Shown: positions 32,881 through 44,189 of the stretch, piece by piece | Position numbering within the stretch: position 1 is the stretch's first letter | Layout: the number at the start of each line of letters is the position of its first letter | NCBI GenBank assembly: GCA_963728405.1 | Contig: CAVSJV010000005.1 | Coordinates: 32,001 to 96,000 of the forward strand | DNA: 64,000 nucleotides | Source of the DNA: Methanomassiliicoccaceae archaeon | Lineage (GTDB): Archaea > Thermoplasmatota > Thermoplasmata > Methanomassiliicoccales > Methanomassiliicoccaceae | Direction of reading: 5' to 3' | Made by a program: the position numbers and the translations under genes | The notes under the pieces: model-generated | Told to the model about the DNA's origin: nothing | Database searches by the model: none | The model's input: only the letters and a program-made list of their open reading frames with translations

Positions 32881-34005
32881 ATGTTGACCGCGGCAGAGGT
32901 CAAGAGGCTGGGTCGTCAGGCCGGCTTCGATATCGTTCGTATCGCCACCGCTGGCCCTTTTCCTGAGCATATGGCCGCGGTAGCTGAGAGGAAGGCCAAG
33001 GGCTGGGTCCCCCTGGAGATGGAGAGGGGGTATGGGGCGATATCCGATCCGAAGCGCTCTTCCGACCCCCGCTGCCTGATGCCGGAAGCAGGCTCGATCA
33101 TCTCCCTCGGTCTGGGATACTACCTGCGAGGTGAGGCTGACCGGTCCTCGCCGGGGCAACCCTGCGGACGGCTACCAAGGAACGGGTGGCGGGACCTCTC
33201 CGGCGAGGCGGGCCGCCGCCGGGACAAATTCGTTCAATATCTGGAGGAGCATGGCGCCCGGTGTGCTCCGGCGCCGGACCTTCCGTCCAAGAAGGCAGCA
33301 GAACGGGCGGGCGTGGCCGGCTATGCCAAGAGCGGCATCGTCCACGCTGAGATATATGGGCCATGGGTCCATCTGGTGACAGTGGTCACCGATGTTGTGC
33401 TGGAGGCGGACAGCCCCATCGAGATCAATTGCGGCAGCTGCCGGAGATGCGTCGATGCCTGCCCCACCAAGGCCATCCGGGCCCCGTTCGTCCTGGACGC
33501 CAGCAGGTGCCTGGCCCATATGCTGGCTTCCCGGGATTGGTTACCCGTCGAGCTAAGGTCGGCGGTCGGCAATCGGATCTATTCCTGCGATCAATGCCTG
33601 GAAGTATGTCCTCGAGCCCTCAATCCCATGATGGTCGATGCCCCTTCCCCCGACCGACTGGGGCGGTGGACCAATTCTCCGGAGCTATTGCCGCTGCTGA
33701 AGATCGGCGACGAGGAGTTCCGTCAACGGTTCTCTTACCTGGACTGGTATTTGGCCGATCCCATACTGCTCAAGCGGAACACCATCATCGCCCTGGGCAA
33801 TTCCGGGGACCTCGTGGCCGTACCTGCCCTCATCGGCATGCTGGAGAGCGACGAACCGATTCTAAGGGGTCATGCCGCCTGGAGCCTGGGACGCCTGGGA
33901 AGTGCTGATGCCAAGGCTGCATTGGGGGCACGGTTGAAAAAGGAAGAGGATGGCCAGGTAAGGGGAGAGATCGAGCTTGCCCTCAACGATACTGGACGAC
34001 CCTAG
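32881..34005 (+). CDS. QueG-like (epoxyqueuosine reductase family) cobalamin/Fe-S protein with HEAT repeats
   Basis: AGFD, AAERAGV, YGPWV, CGSCRRCVDACPT, SCDQCLEVCP, RN..IALGN, RGHAAWSLG. Confidence 0.8.
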   Translation: MLTAAEVKRLGRQAGFDIVRIATAGPFPEHMAAVAERKAKGWVPLEMERGYGAISDPKRSSDPRCLMPEAGSIISLGLGYYLRGEADRSSPGQPCGRLPRNGWRDLSGEAGRRRDKFVQYLEEHGARCAPAPDLPSKKAAERAGVAGYAKSGIVHAEIYGPWVHLVTVVTDVVLEADSPIEINCGSCRRCVDACPTKAIRAPFVLDASRCLAHMLASRDWLPVELRSAVGNRIYSCDQCLEVCPRALNPMMVDAPSPDRLGRWTNSPELLPLLKIGDEEFRQRFSYLDWYLADPILLKRNTIIALGNSGDLVAVPALIGMLESDEPILRGHAAWSLGRLGSADAKAALGARLKKEEDGQVRGEIELALNDTGRP

Positions 34006-34778
34006 TCCCTCAGAAAGTCGTCGCAGTACAACTTCTCATTGAGGAGCACCTGCCCGGCCTTCACGATGCTCATCAGCTCCTCGTCCTCGGGATCGCAGAT
34101 GGCGGCGGAGAGCCCGGCGCCCATGAGCATCGCGAGGTAGGTGCGGTTGAGCAGGCTGCGCTGCTTGGTGCCGTTGGACACATTGCTCAGGCCGACCACT
34201 GTGCGGGGCGTGGGATCGTTCAGTCCCTGGAATAGATGAACGGCCTGCACCACCTTCCGGCCCTGGTCCTGGGCCGCGCTGGTCGGGAGCACCAGGGGAT
34301 CGAGGTATAGCCGGTCGGGCATGATATCGTATTCCATGGCCTTGGTCATCATCAGCATGGCCATCTCCGCGCGGGCGTCGGCCGAGTTGGGGATGCCCCT
34401 CTCATCCATGCATAGGCAGATGATCTCGGCATCGTGCTCCTGGCAGAGGGGGAAGAACTTTTCCATTCGCTTTTCCTCGGCGGTGGTGGAGTTCATGATG
34501 ACCCGGTTCTTGGCCACCCGGAGGCCCGCCTCCATCGTCTTCGGTCCGGAAGTATCGATGGACAGGGGAACAGACGCCACTTCCTGCACCGTGGACACCA
34601 GCCACTCCATGGCCGCCGGTCCGTCCTCTCTCCCCGGACCGACATTGACGTCCAGGGCCTGAGCCCCACACTCCAACTGCTTCACGGCGAGGTCCTGGAT
34701 GAACTTGGCGTCCCGCTGGTCGATCGCCCTTCCCACTGAGGTGAACAGGCCGTTGATCCGCTCGGAGATGACTAGCAT
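34002..34778 (-). CDS. acsE: Methyl-THF:corrinoid Fe-S protein methyltransferase
   Basis: ISERING, LDVNVG, LSIDT, NST, DPLVLP, GLSNVSNG...LNRTYL. Confidence 0.9.
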   Translation of the reverse strand: MLVISERINGLFTSVGRAIDQRDAKFIQDLAVKQLECGAQALDVNVGPGREDGPAAMEWLVSTVQEVASVPLSIDTSGPKTMEAGLRVAKNRVIMNSTTAEEKRMEKFFPLCQEHDAEIICLCMDERGIPNSADARAEMAMLMMTKAMEYDIMPDRLYLDPLVLPTSAAQDQGRKVVQAVHLFQGLNDPTPRTVVGLSNVSNGTKQRSLLNRTYLAMLMGAGLSAAICDPEDEELMSIVKAGQVLLNEKLYCDDFLRD

Positions 34779-34929
34779 GGTAGTTCCAAGCGTTGAGTGC
34801 GGCCACCGCATAAAAGCCTTTCCTGGCCACCCTCCTGCCGCCTATAAAATCGCAGTTCTGCTGAAGATACGCTGCAGCTGAACCCAAAGCTAATATGTCG
34901 GGGACAGGATGGAAACGTCGGAGATCTGA

Positions 34930-35256
34930 ATGGCCAAGAATCAACAGGAAGAGTCGGAAGAAGAACAGATGGTCGACCTGGAGGACGAGGAAGATATGGA
35001 GCCGGTGATGTCCGAGAACGCGGTCATCGACGTCGCCTTCGGAGCGCCGGAGGACGGTCCAGTGGAAGGCGAGCGTGTCATGGATTGGGTGGCCAGCTTC
35101 CCTCCTGGAGAGTTCCAGAGACAGGTGGCCGACCTGTTCCTATCCGATGGTGAGATATATATCATGATGGACAAGCTCACCGTGGTCGTACCTATGATGG
35201 AACTGTTCCGACTCCTGGAAATGGCAGGCACCAATAGTGCTCAGGACGAGGAGTGA
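34930..35256 (+). CDS. Acidic hypothetical protein
   Basis: 108 aa ORF with coding-like bias, followed by a terminator. Confidence 0.65.
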   Translation: MAKNQQEESEEEQMVDLEDEEDMEPVMSENAVIDVAFGAPEDGPVEGERVMDWVASFPPGEFQRQVADLFLSDGEIYIMMDKLTVVVPMMELFRLLEMAGTNSAQDEE

Positions 35257-35265
35257 GAACCGACT

Positions 35266-35294
35266 GGCCTCCCTCGGAGGCCCTTTTACTTTTT
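35266..35294 (+). terminator. Hairpin + U-tract terminator
   Basis: GGCCTCC-CTC-GGAGGCC then CTTTTACTTTTT. Confidence 0.7.
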
Positions 35295-35377
35295 GAACAA
35301 CTTTCATTAACAGGCGTGGGATATACCATTGGCAAACTGTTATGACAGCTTGCCTCTCACGGTTTGGAGGCTATTTA

Positions 35378-36934
35378 TTGGTCAAGATCGAGCGCGCTCT
35401 GATCAGCGTATCTAACAAGGACGGTATCGTCGACTTCGCCCGCGGGCTAAGCTCCTATGGTGTGGAGATCATCTCCACCGGCGGCACCGCCACTCTGCTG
35501 GACAAGAATGGTATCAAGACCGTGAACATCTCCGATGTCACCGGTTTCCCGGAAATGCTGGATGGGCGGGTTAAGACCCTTCACCCTAACATCCACGCGG
35601 GACTGTTGGCCCGAAGGGACATGCCCGAGCACATGGCCAAGCTGGACGAGTTCGGTATCAAGAAGATCGACATGGTGGTGGTGAACCTCTATCCGTTCCG
35701 GGAGACCGTGCTCAAGCCGAACGTCTCGCTGGAAGAGGTCATCGAGAACATCGATATCGGCGGCCCGTCCATGATCCGGGCCGCTTCCAAGAACTACGAA
35801 TCCGTAGCGGTGATCACCAACCCCGTTCGGTACCTGCCGATCTTGGAGGAGATGAAGGCCAGCGACGGTGTCGTAGGGCACGAGACCCTCAAGGGCCTCA
35901 TGCTGGAGGCGTTCCAGAACACCGCCAACTACGATGCGATGATCGCGCAACATCTGGCCGGCATCTTCCCCGGACCCCAGTTCCCTGCCACCCTGACGGT
36001 AGGCATGGAAAAGGTCCAGGACCTGCGTTATGGAGAGAATCCGACCCAGCAGGCAGCTTTCTACGGCGATCCCTTCGTCACTGGAGTGGCCGTCTCCCGA
36101 ATGAAGCAGCTTCACGGCAAGGAGCTATCGTTCAACAACATCCTGGATATCGAGTCCGCCCTCTCCCTCCTCCGTGAGTTCGAGGACCGCGCCTGCGCCA
36201 CGGTCATCAAGCACACCAATCCCTGCGGCATCGCCTGCGACGACAAGATCTACGATGCGTTCATGGTCGCCTATAACGTCGATCCGCTGGCCGCTTTCGG
36301 GTGTGTCATCGGTCTGAACCGCGAGTGTGATGTCCCCACCGCCGAGGAGATCTCCAAGCACTTCGTGGAGATCGTGTTCGCCCCGTCCTTCGATCTCCAG
36401 GCGCTCGAGCTACTGCAGAAAAAGAAGAACATCCGGCTCATGACCACGCCCGGGCCGATCACCCTGGCCGACGCGCCCAAGATCAAGATGAAGTACATCA
36501 AGGGCGGCATGCTGGTACAGACGGCCGACAATGGTCAGGTGGCGTCCGAGCACCTCAAGGTAGTGACCAAACGGTCACCGACGCCTTCCGAGGTCAAGAG
36601 CATGCTCTTCGCCAACCGGGTGTGCAAGCACATCTGGTCCAACACCGTCATCCTCGCCAAGGGGGAGAGGGTGGTGGGAATAGGCGCCGGACAAATGTCA
36701 CGGGTGGATTCGTCGTTCATCGCCGCCCACAAGGCCGGGGAGAACGCCAAGGGCTCGGTGATGGCATCCGATGCCTTCTTCCCGTTCCGTGACGGGGTGG
36801 ACGAGGCCGCCAAGGCCGGCGCCACTGCTATCATCCAGCCGGGGGGGAGCATCCGGGACCAGGAGGTTATCGATGCCGCCAACGAGCATGACATGGCCAT
36901 GGTGTTCACCGGGGTCCGGGTGTTCCGGCACTGA
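35378..36934 (+). CDS. purH: Bifunctional AICAR transformylase/IMP cyclohydrolase
   Basis: RALISVS, GRVKTLHP, IDIGGPSM, LRYGENP, KHTNPCG, SDAFFPF; TTG start after GGAGG. Confidence 0.96.
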   Translation: MVKIERALISVSNKDGIVDFARGLSSYGVEIISTGGTATLLDKNGIKTVNISDVTGFPEMLDGRVKTLHPNIHAGLLARRDMPEHMAKLDEFGIKKIDMVVVNLYPFRETVLKPNVSLEEVIENIDIGGPSMIRAASKNYESVAVITNPVRYLPILEEMKASDGVVGHETLKGLMLEAFQNTANYDAMIAQHLAGIFPGPQFPATLTVGMEKVQDLRYGENPTQQAAFYGDPFVTGVAVSRMKQLHGKELSFNNILDIESALSLLREFEDRACATVIKHTNPCGIACDDKIYDAFMVAYNVDPLAAFGCVIGLNRECDVPTAEEISKHFVEIVFAPSFDLQALELLQKKKNIRLMTTPGPITLADAPKIKMKYIKGGMLVQTADNGQVASEHLKVVTKRSPTPSEVKSMLFANRVCKHIWSNTVILAKGERVVGIGAGQMSRVDSSFIAAHKAGENAKGSVMASDAFFPFRDGVDEAAKAGATAIIQPGGSIRDQEVIDAANEHDMAMVFTGVRVFRH

Positions 36935-36951
36935 GCGAATCCCTTCCCTTC

Positions 36952-37449
36952 CTATTTTTCTAGGAGCTCGCCCGCCAGTTCCCACGGCCTCTTGACCACG
37001 ATGTCCTTCACCTGGGTGAACTTGCTTTCGTTGGAGCACACGATCGCCCCGGGGATGGCCCGCCCTATCGCGAGGACGAGGGCATCGACTATGGACAGCC
37101 CTTCGGAACGACGACCGAGCTTGTCCCCGTGCCTCATATGGAAGTAGTTGCTCTCCCTGATGAGGTCTATGGCCAGCATGGCGTGTTCCTTCTCGATGGC
37201 ATTGATGGTCATGTTCGGTAATGCCATGAGGTTCCGTAGCGTCTTCCGCGCCCGGTCCGGGTCATGGGTCACATCGAGGACGACGTAGTATACTTCTACA
37301 AGTACTGGGGTCGGCAGAACTCCGGTGAAATCGCCTTTCTCAATGCGCTTGAGGAGTTCGATGGAACCTCGGCTGCGGACATCCTTGGACCGCACGAACG
37401 CGTCGATGATAACGTTAGTGTCAATGACGACGCTCTGACGTCCGGACAT
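36952..37449 (-). CDS. PIN-domain (VapC-like) ribonuclease
   Basis: VIDTNV, VLVEV, LSIVDAL, SNE acidic PIN core. Confidence 0.82.
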   Translation of the reverse strand: MSGRQSVVIDTNVIIDAFVRSKDVRSRGSIELLKRIEKGDFTGVLPTPVLVEVYYVVLDVTHDPDRARKTLRNLMALPNMTINAIEKEHAMLAIDLIRESNYFHMRHGDKLGRRSEGLSIVDALVLAIGRAIPGAIVCSNESKFTQVKDIVVKRPWELAGELLEK

Positions 37450-37886
37450 CCTTGGCCCTCTTCCTGAGGTCATTCACATTGTCAACGCAGTCGTCCAGGC
37501 AGCCGATCAAGTCGTCCGAGCAACATGGCGATTCACCAACGATGTTTGTCTTGATGGTGTCCCTCTCTTCCAACGATCGCAGACGCTCCTCGAGGGCGTC
37601 CATTCTGGTAGCCAAGCGACTCAGGGCGTCCAGGATCTCGGCACCACCTCCGTGATTCCGCCTTGGTGATTTGCACAACGGTCGGTTCTCAGAATTCTTC
37701 GGTCCCGACATGCGTGTCCGATATGGGGGCGGCAGTTAGTAAAGTATCCGAGGACCTGCTGGTACTGCCCGGCCGAGATGGCTTCCCCGTCCAAATGTCC
37801 CATCTTGAAACCGACCGTCCATCGACCCGCTCTGCATTCAGGGCGGCCTTGATCACGTTCAAACGTTCGGCCAGTATATCGATCAT
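37421..37886 (-). CDS. Putative partner/antitoxin of the PIN protein (fragmented across frames)
   Basis: Overlaps the PIN start; coiled-coil LATRMDALEERLRSLE; upstream ORF fragments. Confidence 0.4.
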
Positions 37887-38029
37887 CCCGAAGAGGTCAA
37901 GGATGGCGATTAACGCTTTCCAGGGCCGGTACGCTCAAACCACGACTCCCCCAATCTTAATATTGTATAATAATCTCTAATATTGATTAATATACACTAA
38001 TACTATGGGGGTTCGAGGGGGCGAAGGTA

Positions 38030-38578
38030 ATGAGCGATCTGAAAGCACCAACAATAAGCGAGAGTGCGTTCGTGGACAGCTCCGCGACCATACTGGGGGA
38101 TGTGATGATTGGTGATGATGTCTATGTCGCGCCAAACGCCTCCATACGGGCGGACGAACCCGGTTCCAGGATGATCATCAGGGAGCGGTGTAATGTCCAG
38201 GATAACGTGGCGATCCACGCCCTTATGGACTCCACAGTCAAGATCGGGGTCGGTACGACCCTGGGGCACGGTTGCATCGTCCACGGCCCCTGCACAATAG
38301 GTGATGGCTGCTTCATCGGGTTTGGGGCGGTGGTGTTCAAATGCACAATAATGGAAGGAGCGGTCATCATGCACCGGGCATTGGTGACCCATTCGCTTGT
38401 ACCTCCGCTCCGCATGGTGGGGTCGGGGGAGATTGTCGATAGCAGGTTCAAGCCCGCAGACCTACCCGAGGTCCCTCTCGACATCTCCGACTTTGTGGAC
38501 TCGGTCCGTCAGACCAACATCGATCTTGCTAGGATGTACTCCTTGCAAAGGATGGCAAGTATGGTAGGGGTGCTTTAA
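38030..38578 (+). CDS. Gamma-class carbonic anhydrase family protein
   Basis: Hexapeptide repeats; IRADE, NVQDNV.IH, GHGCIVHG zinc His ligands. Confidence 0.87.
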   Translation: MSDLKAPTISESAFVDSSATILGDVMIGDDVYVAPNASIRADEPGSRMIIRERCNVQDNVAIHALMDSTVKIGVGTTLGHGCIVHGPCTIGDGCFIGFGAVVFKCTIMEGAVIMHRALVTHSLVPPLRMVGSGEIVDSRFKPADLPEVPLDISDFVDSVRQTNIDLARMYSLQRMASMVGVL

Positions 38579-38599
38579 AAAAAATGCAGGAAGGGTTAA

Positions 38600-38905
38600 A
38601 TGCGTCCAACCAATCACATCAGGGAGACACCTGTGGAAGACGATCTCGCCCGATGGATCCTCAGTGTTGACCGACGCGCCCTGGCGATGAGGGCGATCGA
38701 CGCCGATGGGGCGTTCAGCGCCGCCGAGATAGCTGAACGGTCCGGGCGTTCCATCCAGAACATAAGTCGGGCCATCCATGAGCTCGAGGTAAAAGGCCTG
38801 ATCGAGTGCCTCAATCCAGAGAAACATACATGGAAGAGATATCTGCTCACCGACCATGGGAAGGCTGTGGTAAGGGAGATGAAGCAGAGATTGCTTATCA
38901 AGTGA
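38600..38905 (+). CDS. Winged-helix transcriptional regulator
   Basis: AAEIAERSGRSIQNISRAIHELE.KGLI...Y.LT..G. Confidence 0.85.
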   Translation: MRPTNHIRETPVEDDLARWILSVDRRALAMRAIDADGAFSAAEIAERSGRSIQNISRAIHELEVKGLIECLNPEKHTWKRYLLTDHGKAVVREMKQRLLIK

Positions 38906-38956
38906 ACTAGGCAAAAACCTAAAACTCCTTCAAAGTGACATTAGGTTGATGATACC

Positions 38957-40426
38957 GTGGACCGGAAGATACCGCGCTGCATGAGCACCCAGCATCCTGA
39001 CAACGTCAACGCCCCTTTCTTCGCCGAAAGCTCGGAAATGGGCGGGGAGGACGAGATCCAGGAAGCCTACTACGTGTTCTCCCACCTGGACTGCAATGAG
39101 CAGATGTGGGACTGCGAGGGCAAGGAGGTCGACAACTTCGTGGTCAAGAAGCTGCTCTCTAAGTACGACTGGTACTTCCAGGACAAGCAGATCGGTAAGG
39201 ACGTCGTACCTCACGTTGAGGGTACCGAACCCCACTGTGGAGAAGGACGAGGCCAAGATACTGCTCGAGACCCTCGAGTCAATCCCACGCTCGTTCGACA
39301 CGGCCAAGCTATTCTACCAGAACGATATCCCCCCCATCTTTGAGGTCATACTGCCCATGACCTCCTCGGCTGTCTCCCTGGACCGGGTGTACCGCTATTA
39401 TCGCGATTTCGTTGTGGGCAAGCAGCATATATCGTTCCGCAAGGGCGATGTCACCCTGGCCGAGTGGATCGGGACCTTCGAGCCGGAGAAGATCGATGTC
39501 ATCCCGCTGTTCGAGGACCTGCGCCACATGATGGACGCCCACGAGATCACCAGGGAGTACCTGAAGGACAAGGACGGTGGAGCACCAGCGGGTGTTCCTC
39601 GCCAGGTCCGACCCGGCCATGAACTATGGGCAGGCTAGCGCCATTCTGATGAACAAGGCCGCCCTCTATAACCTCCAGTTGCTGGAGGAGGACACCGGCG
39701 TCAAGATGTGTCCGATCATCGGGGTCGGCTCGGCGCCGTTCCGAGGCAATCTCAAGCCGAACAACGTGGACCGGCTGATGGAGGAGTATCCTTCGGTGCA
39801 GACCTTCACCGTCCAATCGGCCTTCAAGTACGATTACTCGCACGACGAGGTCCGCAGCGGCATCCAGAAGATCAACGAAGGGACCAGAACCAAGGCGATG
39901 GTGGTGGATACCGCCCGCTGCGAGGCCATCATCGAGAAGTGCTCCAACTCCTACCGGGAGAAGATCATCAAGCTGGCCCCCCTGATCAACGAGGCGGCCA
40001 ACTACGTGCCCCCGCCGCCGGAAGAGGAAGTTGCACATCGGCCTGTTCGGCTACTCCCGCAGCCTGGAGGGGATCAAACTGCCTCGGGCGATCGGCTTCT
40101 GCTGCGCCTTCTACTCCCTGGGGATACCGCCAGAGATCCTTGGCCTGGACGCCCTGGATGATAGCGACCTAGATTACCTCAGGCAGGTCAGCCCGCACTT
40201 CGACGAGAGCATGAAGGACGCGCTGCAGTACATGAATCCCGAGTCCATGAAGACCCTGCCTTTGAAGGTCCGCATGTCCGTGGACAACCTGGGCCTGGAC
40301 TACGAGGTCAACGAGAAGCACCGCCAGATCACCTCCAAGATCATGGAGAACATCAAGAACTCCACTGGCAAGGGGATGGAGGAATTCGTACTGCGGGCCG
40401 CGCACCTGAGGGGCTTCCTGGGCTGA
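38957..40426 (+). CDS. ppcA: Archaeal-type PEP carboxylase (three frameshifts)
   Basis: IPRCMSTQHPDN, MWD.EGK, EVILPMT, VIPLFE, FLARSDPAMNYG, GSAPFRG, LPRAIGF. Confidence 0.93.
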
Positions 40427-40492
40427 GGGCAAGATATCTATCAATCTACAAGGATAGTGCGCTGGAAGCAAGGATAATTAGATGGGAAGAGG

Positions 40493-42086
40493 TTGTCCCT
40501 GCCAGAGAGGGTCGAGGGCTGTCCGGTGAGCGAGGAAGATTCATGTCTTGAGGATTTCCTGCGGGAGCTTTCCCGCGCGGTCCTGGAGCAGCTGGACGTG
40601 AACTTGACGTCAGGAGCACTGTTCCATTCCTCGTACGAATCGGTGGAGCAGGGGGTGGCCAGCTATGCATATGCCATCGGCATGAGCGAGGTGCGCCTCG
40701 AGCTTCTTCCCAGGACGATCGACCAATGGATATGGAGGGACAAGGGCCACTATATCAATGCGGCCATGGCCTCCTGCCTCCAGCTGGCCGAAGGGATCGA
40801 ATCTCGTCATCCGCTGCTTGCAGGCGGATGACGTAAAGCTGGAAGAAGGCCAGGCCCTTGATGACCTGATGACCCAGAGGGCGGTGGACTACATCTCCAC
40901 CGTTCGTCCTGGTGCTCACCGACCGCCTGCTGGATGGGGGGAAGGAGCAGGAGGAAGGCATTATTGACCTCACCACCCATGAGTTCCTTCGGGACCTCCG
41001 AGGAGAGCAATCTGGCTGGGACCTCAAGGCATACGTCAAATGTTTCTGGCTGGAGGAGGGGGTCCTGCTCCCTGGGAGAAGGCATCGTGCTGCGCCGTCC
41101 CCGGCTGGACGACTATCGCGACCGTAAGTGTGTCGAAGGCATCTCTTGGGGAGGCATAAAGAACCTGGAGGTGGACATGATGGGCACATCGGTGGGTGCG
41201 ATCCTGGAGATGCGATGCCCTCCATCGACCGAAGCGGCCGCCCGAGAGGAGTTGAACACGATCATGGACGTCCTTCTGCTGTTCCGGGTGGCGTCGCTCA
41301 GCCAGGAGCACCTGGATATGCGGCCCCGTTCCGTGCTCAGGGACCAGGGGGTCAGGGAGGAGGATGACAGTAGGCCGCCATTGTTCCATGCCGTCCTGCG
41401 GGCCGGCGACCAGGAGGACCTGCGGACCGTTCATGAAGGCCCTCGCCCCGCTCATACACCATCATCCGTTCCTGCGCTCCCTGTTCGTCGGTACCGATGC
41501 TCATACCAAGAACATGCTCCGGATGCGGCAGAGGTATGCCCCCACCATCGAGCGGCTTCCCGTCCTGGAAAAGGAGATCGGCGAAAGAGGAGCGGACGCC
41601 CGCCCCCTCCCGGAGGACCTGGCGTTCCACCTATACCGCGGCGCGCTCCTGGACCCGATCTCCGTGGAGGAACGACTGGCCAAGCTGATGGCGGGCCTGG
41701 ATCACCTCTACTCGAACACCAGCACCATCGTCGACCGTAAGCGCGCAGTGGCGCTCCGGGCGTCCAGCCTGCTGGAGGGCTGGGGATTCGATGCTCTGAA
41801 GGTGGCCAGGGACATCCGGGATGGGTTCAAGCTTAAGGGAGAACAATATAACGCCGGTACCCTAGGTATGGCCTATAAGGATGAAACCCTGCAATTGTGC
41901 GAGGACCTGGCCGAATATCTAAGGGCGTCGCTGGTGATCTTCTACCAGACCTGTTCTGTGCTGCCCCGGGATGAGCTTATCGAGGCCACAGACCTTCTAG
42001 TGCAGGGGAAGGACCTGCCCGAGAATGTCGCTCGGGTGCTGGAGAGCGTGTTCGTCAACGAATCGGTGACCCAACCGTACCGCTGA
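40493..42086 (+). CDS. ApeA-like HEPN-domain protein (frameshifted, catalytic motif absent)
   Basis: IVLRRP, LLLFRV, Y..ALL...EERLAKLMAGLDHLY...LRASSLL architecture across three to four ORFs. Confidence 0.5.
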
Positions 42087-42119
42087 CCTTTAAATAACGA
42101 GAGGGGGTTTTTGACCACT

Positions 42120-44061
42120 ATGGGTCGTAAGGTGGCGTTCTTCCCGGGAAGCATCGTGGCCGAGGTCCAGGACGGCGAGACGATTCTGGACGCAGCGGTG
42201 CAGGCCGGCGTCCAGGTCAACAGCGTGTGCGGTGGGAAGGGCACCTGCGGCAAGTGTCTGGTCATCGTCGACGGGGTCGCGGACAGCGAGATCGGTCAAC
42301 TTTCTCCCGAGGAGTTCAAGCTCGGTTACCGGCTTGCCTGTCAGACCTGGGTAAGAGGGGACCTGTCGGTGTTCATACCGGAGGGTTCCCAGGTCAGCGA
42401 GCACCAGATACTGGCATCCTACCAAGGACGGGCGATAGAGGAGCTCTCGCCCCTGACCGAAAGCCGCAGGCTGGACCTGGCGGCCCCTACGATGGACGAT
42501 AATCAGGGAGACCTGGAACGGGTCACCTGCGCGCTGGACATGCCCGGACTTATGGTCCCGCTGGCCCTCCTACGCCAGCTACCAAACCTCCTCCGCGAGG
42601 GAGGCTGGCAACTAAGTGTCATGGTAGCAAGGGAGGATGGCGGTCGCCGGCTGATGATGCTGGAGAAAGGCTCCAAGAGCCTCCCCAACTACGGGATCGC
42701 GATCGACATCGGCACCACCACGGTGGTCGCCGAGCTGGTCGATCTCAGTACCGGTAGGACGCTGGCCCAAGCGTCCGATTACAATCGCCAGCTGGTGTGC
42801 GGTGAGGATGTCCTGTCGAGGATCGCCTATGCCGAGGAGAAGGGGCTGGAGCGTTTGACCGAACTGGTGACCGACACCGTCAACGGCCTCATCACCCAGC
42901 TCTGCGCGGAACGGGACAAGCGCCGGCGCTACCACTCCGGCATCTGCGGCAATGACATCGCTTCGATCGCCATCGGGGGCAATACTACCATGGTGCACAT
43001 GTTCCTGGGCCTGGACCCCAAGAACATTCGCTACGCTCCGTACATCCCAGTGACCAACGTACCGCCCGTTCTGAGGGCGTCGGAGGTCGGATTGCGAGCG
43101 CATCCTGATGCCCCGGTGTACTGCGTTCCCGGGCGGGCGTCGTGACGTGGGCGGCGACATCACCGCCGACATCCTGCTGTCCGGCCTGCACCTGCGCGAT
43201 GAGCTGTGCATGCTCATCGATGTGGGCACCAACGGCGAGGTGGTCCTGGGCAACAAGGACTGGATTATCGGCTGCTCGACCTCCGCCGGTCCGGCCTTTG
43301 AGGGCGGCGAGGTCTCGTGTGGCATGCGTGCCATGGGCGGAGCGATCGATTCGGTGAGCATTGGTGACTATGAGATCAGCATCACCACCATCGGCCAGGC
43401 CAAGCCCCGAGGGATCTGCGGTTCTGGCCTGATCGATCTCATAGCTCAGATGTTCGAACGCGGGTACCTCGACAAGAAGGGACGGATCAACGCCGCCTCG
43501 TCCGAACATGTGCGGGCATCGGGCCGGGGCATGGAGTTCATCATACACCAGGAGGCAGGGAAGAAGGACCTCACCGTCACCGATGATGACATTGCCAACA
43601 TCATTCGGACCAAGGCGGCCATCTACGCTGGGTGTTCGGTCCTGCTGCAGAGCGTGGACCAAAAATTCACTGACCTGGACCGGGTGTTCATCGCCGGAGG
43701 CTTCGGCAACTATGTCAACATAGACAACGCCCGGACCATCGGCCTGCTCCCGGACCTACCCAAGGAGAAATTCGAGTTCCTCGGGAACGCGTCGCTGGGA
43801 GGAACGAAGCTTTGCCTTCTGTCGGGGAAGATGCGCCAGGAGGCCGAGGCGGTGTACCGAGCGATGACCTATCTGGACCTCTCTTCCTCGCAGATCTTCT
43901 TCGATCAGTACTCCTCGGCACTATTCCTCCCCCACACCGACCTGGATCAATTCCCCAACAGTCAGGACGAGGATGGGCTCCAGATAAGTGGGGACGAGGC
44001 CCTGGCCCAGCAGGCGGAGATCATGGGGGTGGTCGTTCCGCCTGCTGACCGATCGAGCTAA
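42120..44061 (+). CDS. Reductive activator of corrinoid proteins (RACo/AcsV, ASKHA + 2Fe-2S), frameshift near 43142
   Basis: CGGKGTCGKC, RLACQ, IDIGTTT, GEDVLSRI, DVGTNGE, AGPAFEG, GICGSG, AGGFG. Confidence 0.92.
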
Positions 44062-44189
44062 CAATCGCCTGATTACTTTGACGGCTGGAGGTCCTCAAGT
44101 GATTCTAATAATAATCAGTCCAGTACAAAAATACTAATATTTACTCTAAGTTCGAACGTTTTAACCTTAACCAGTGTTTAGACCTCAGG

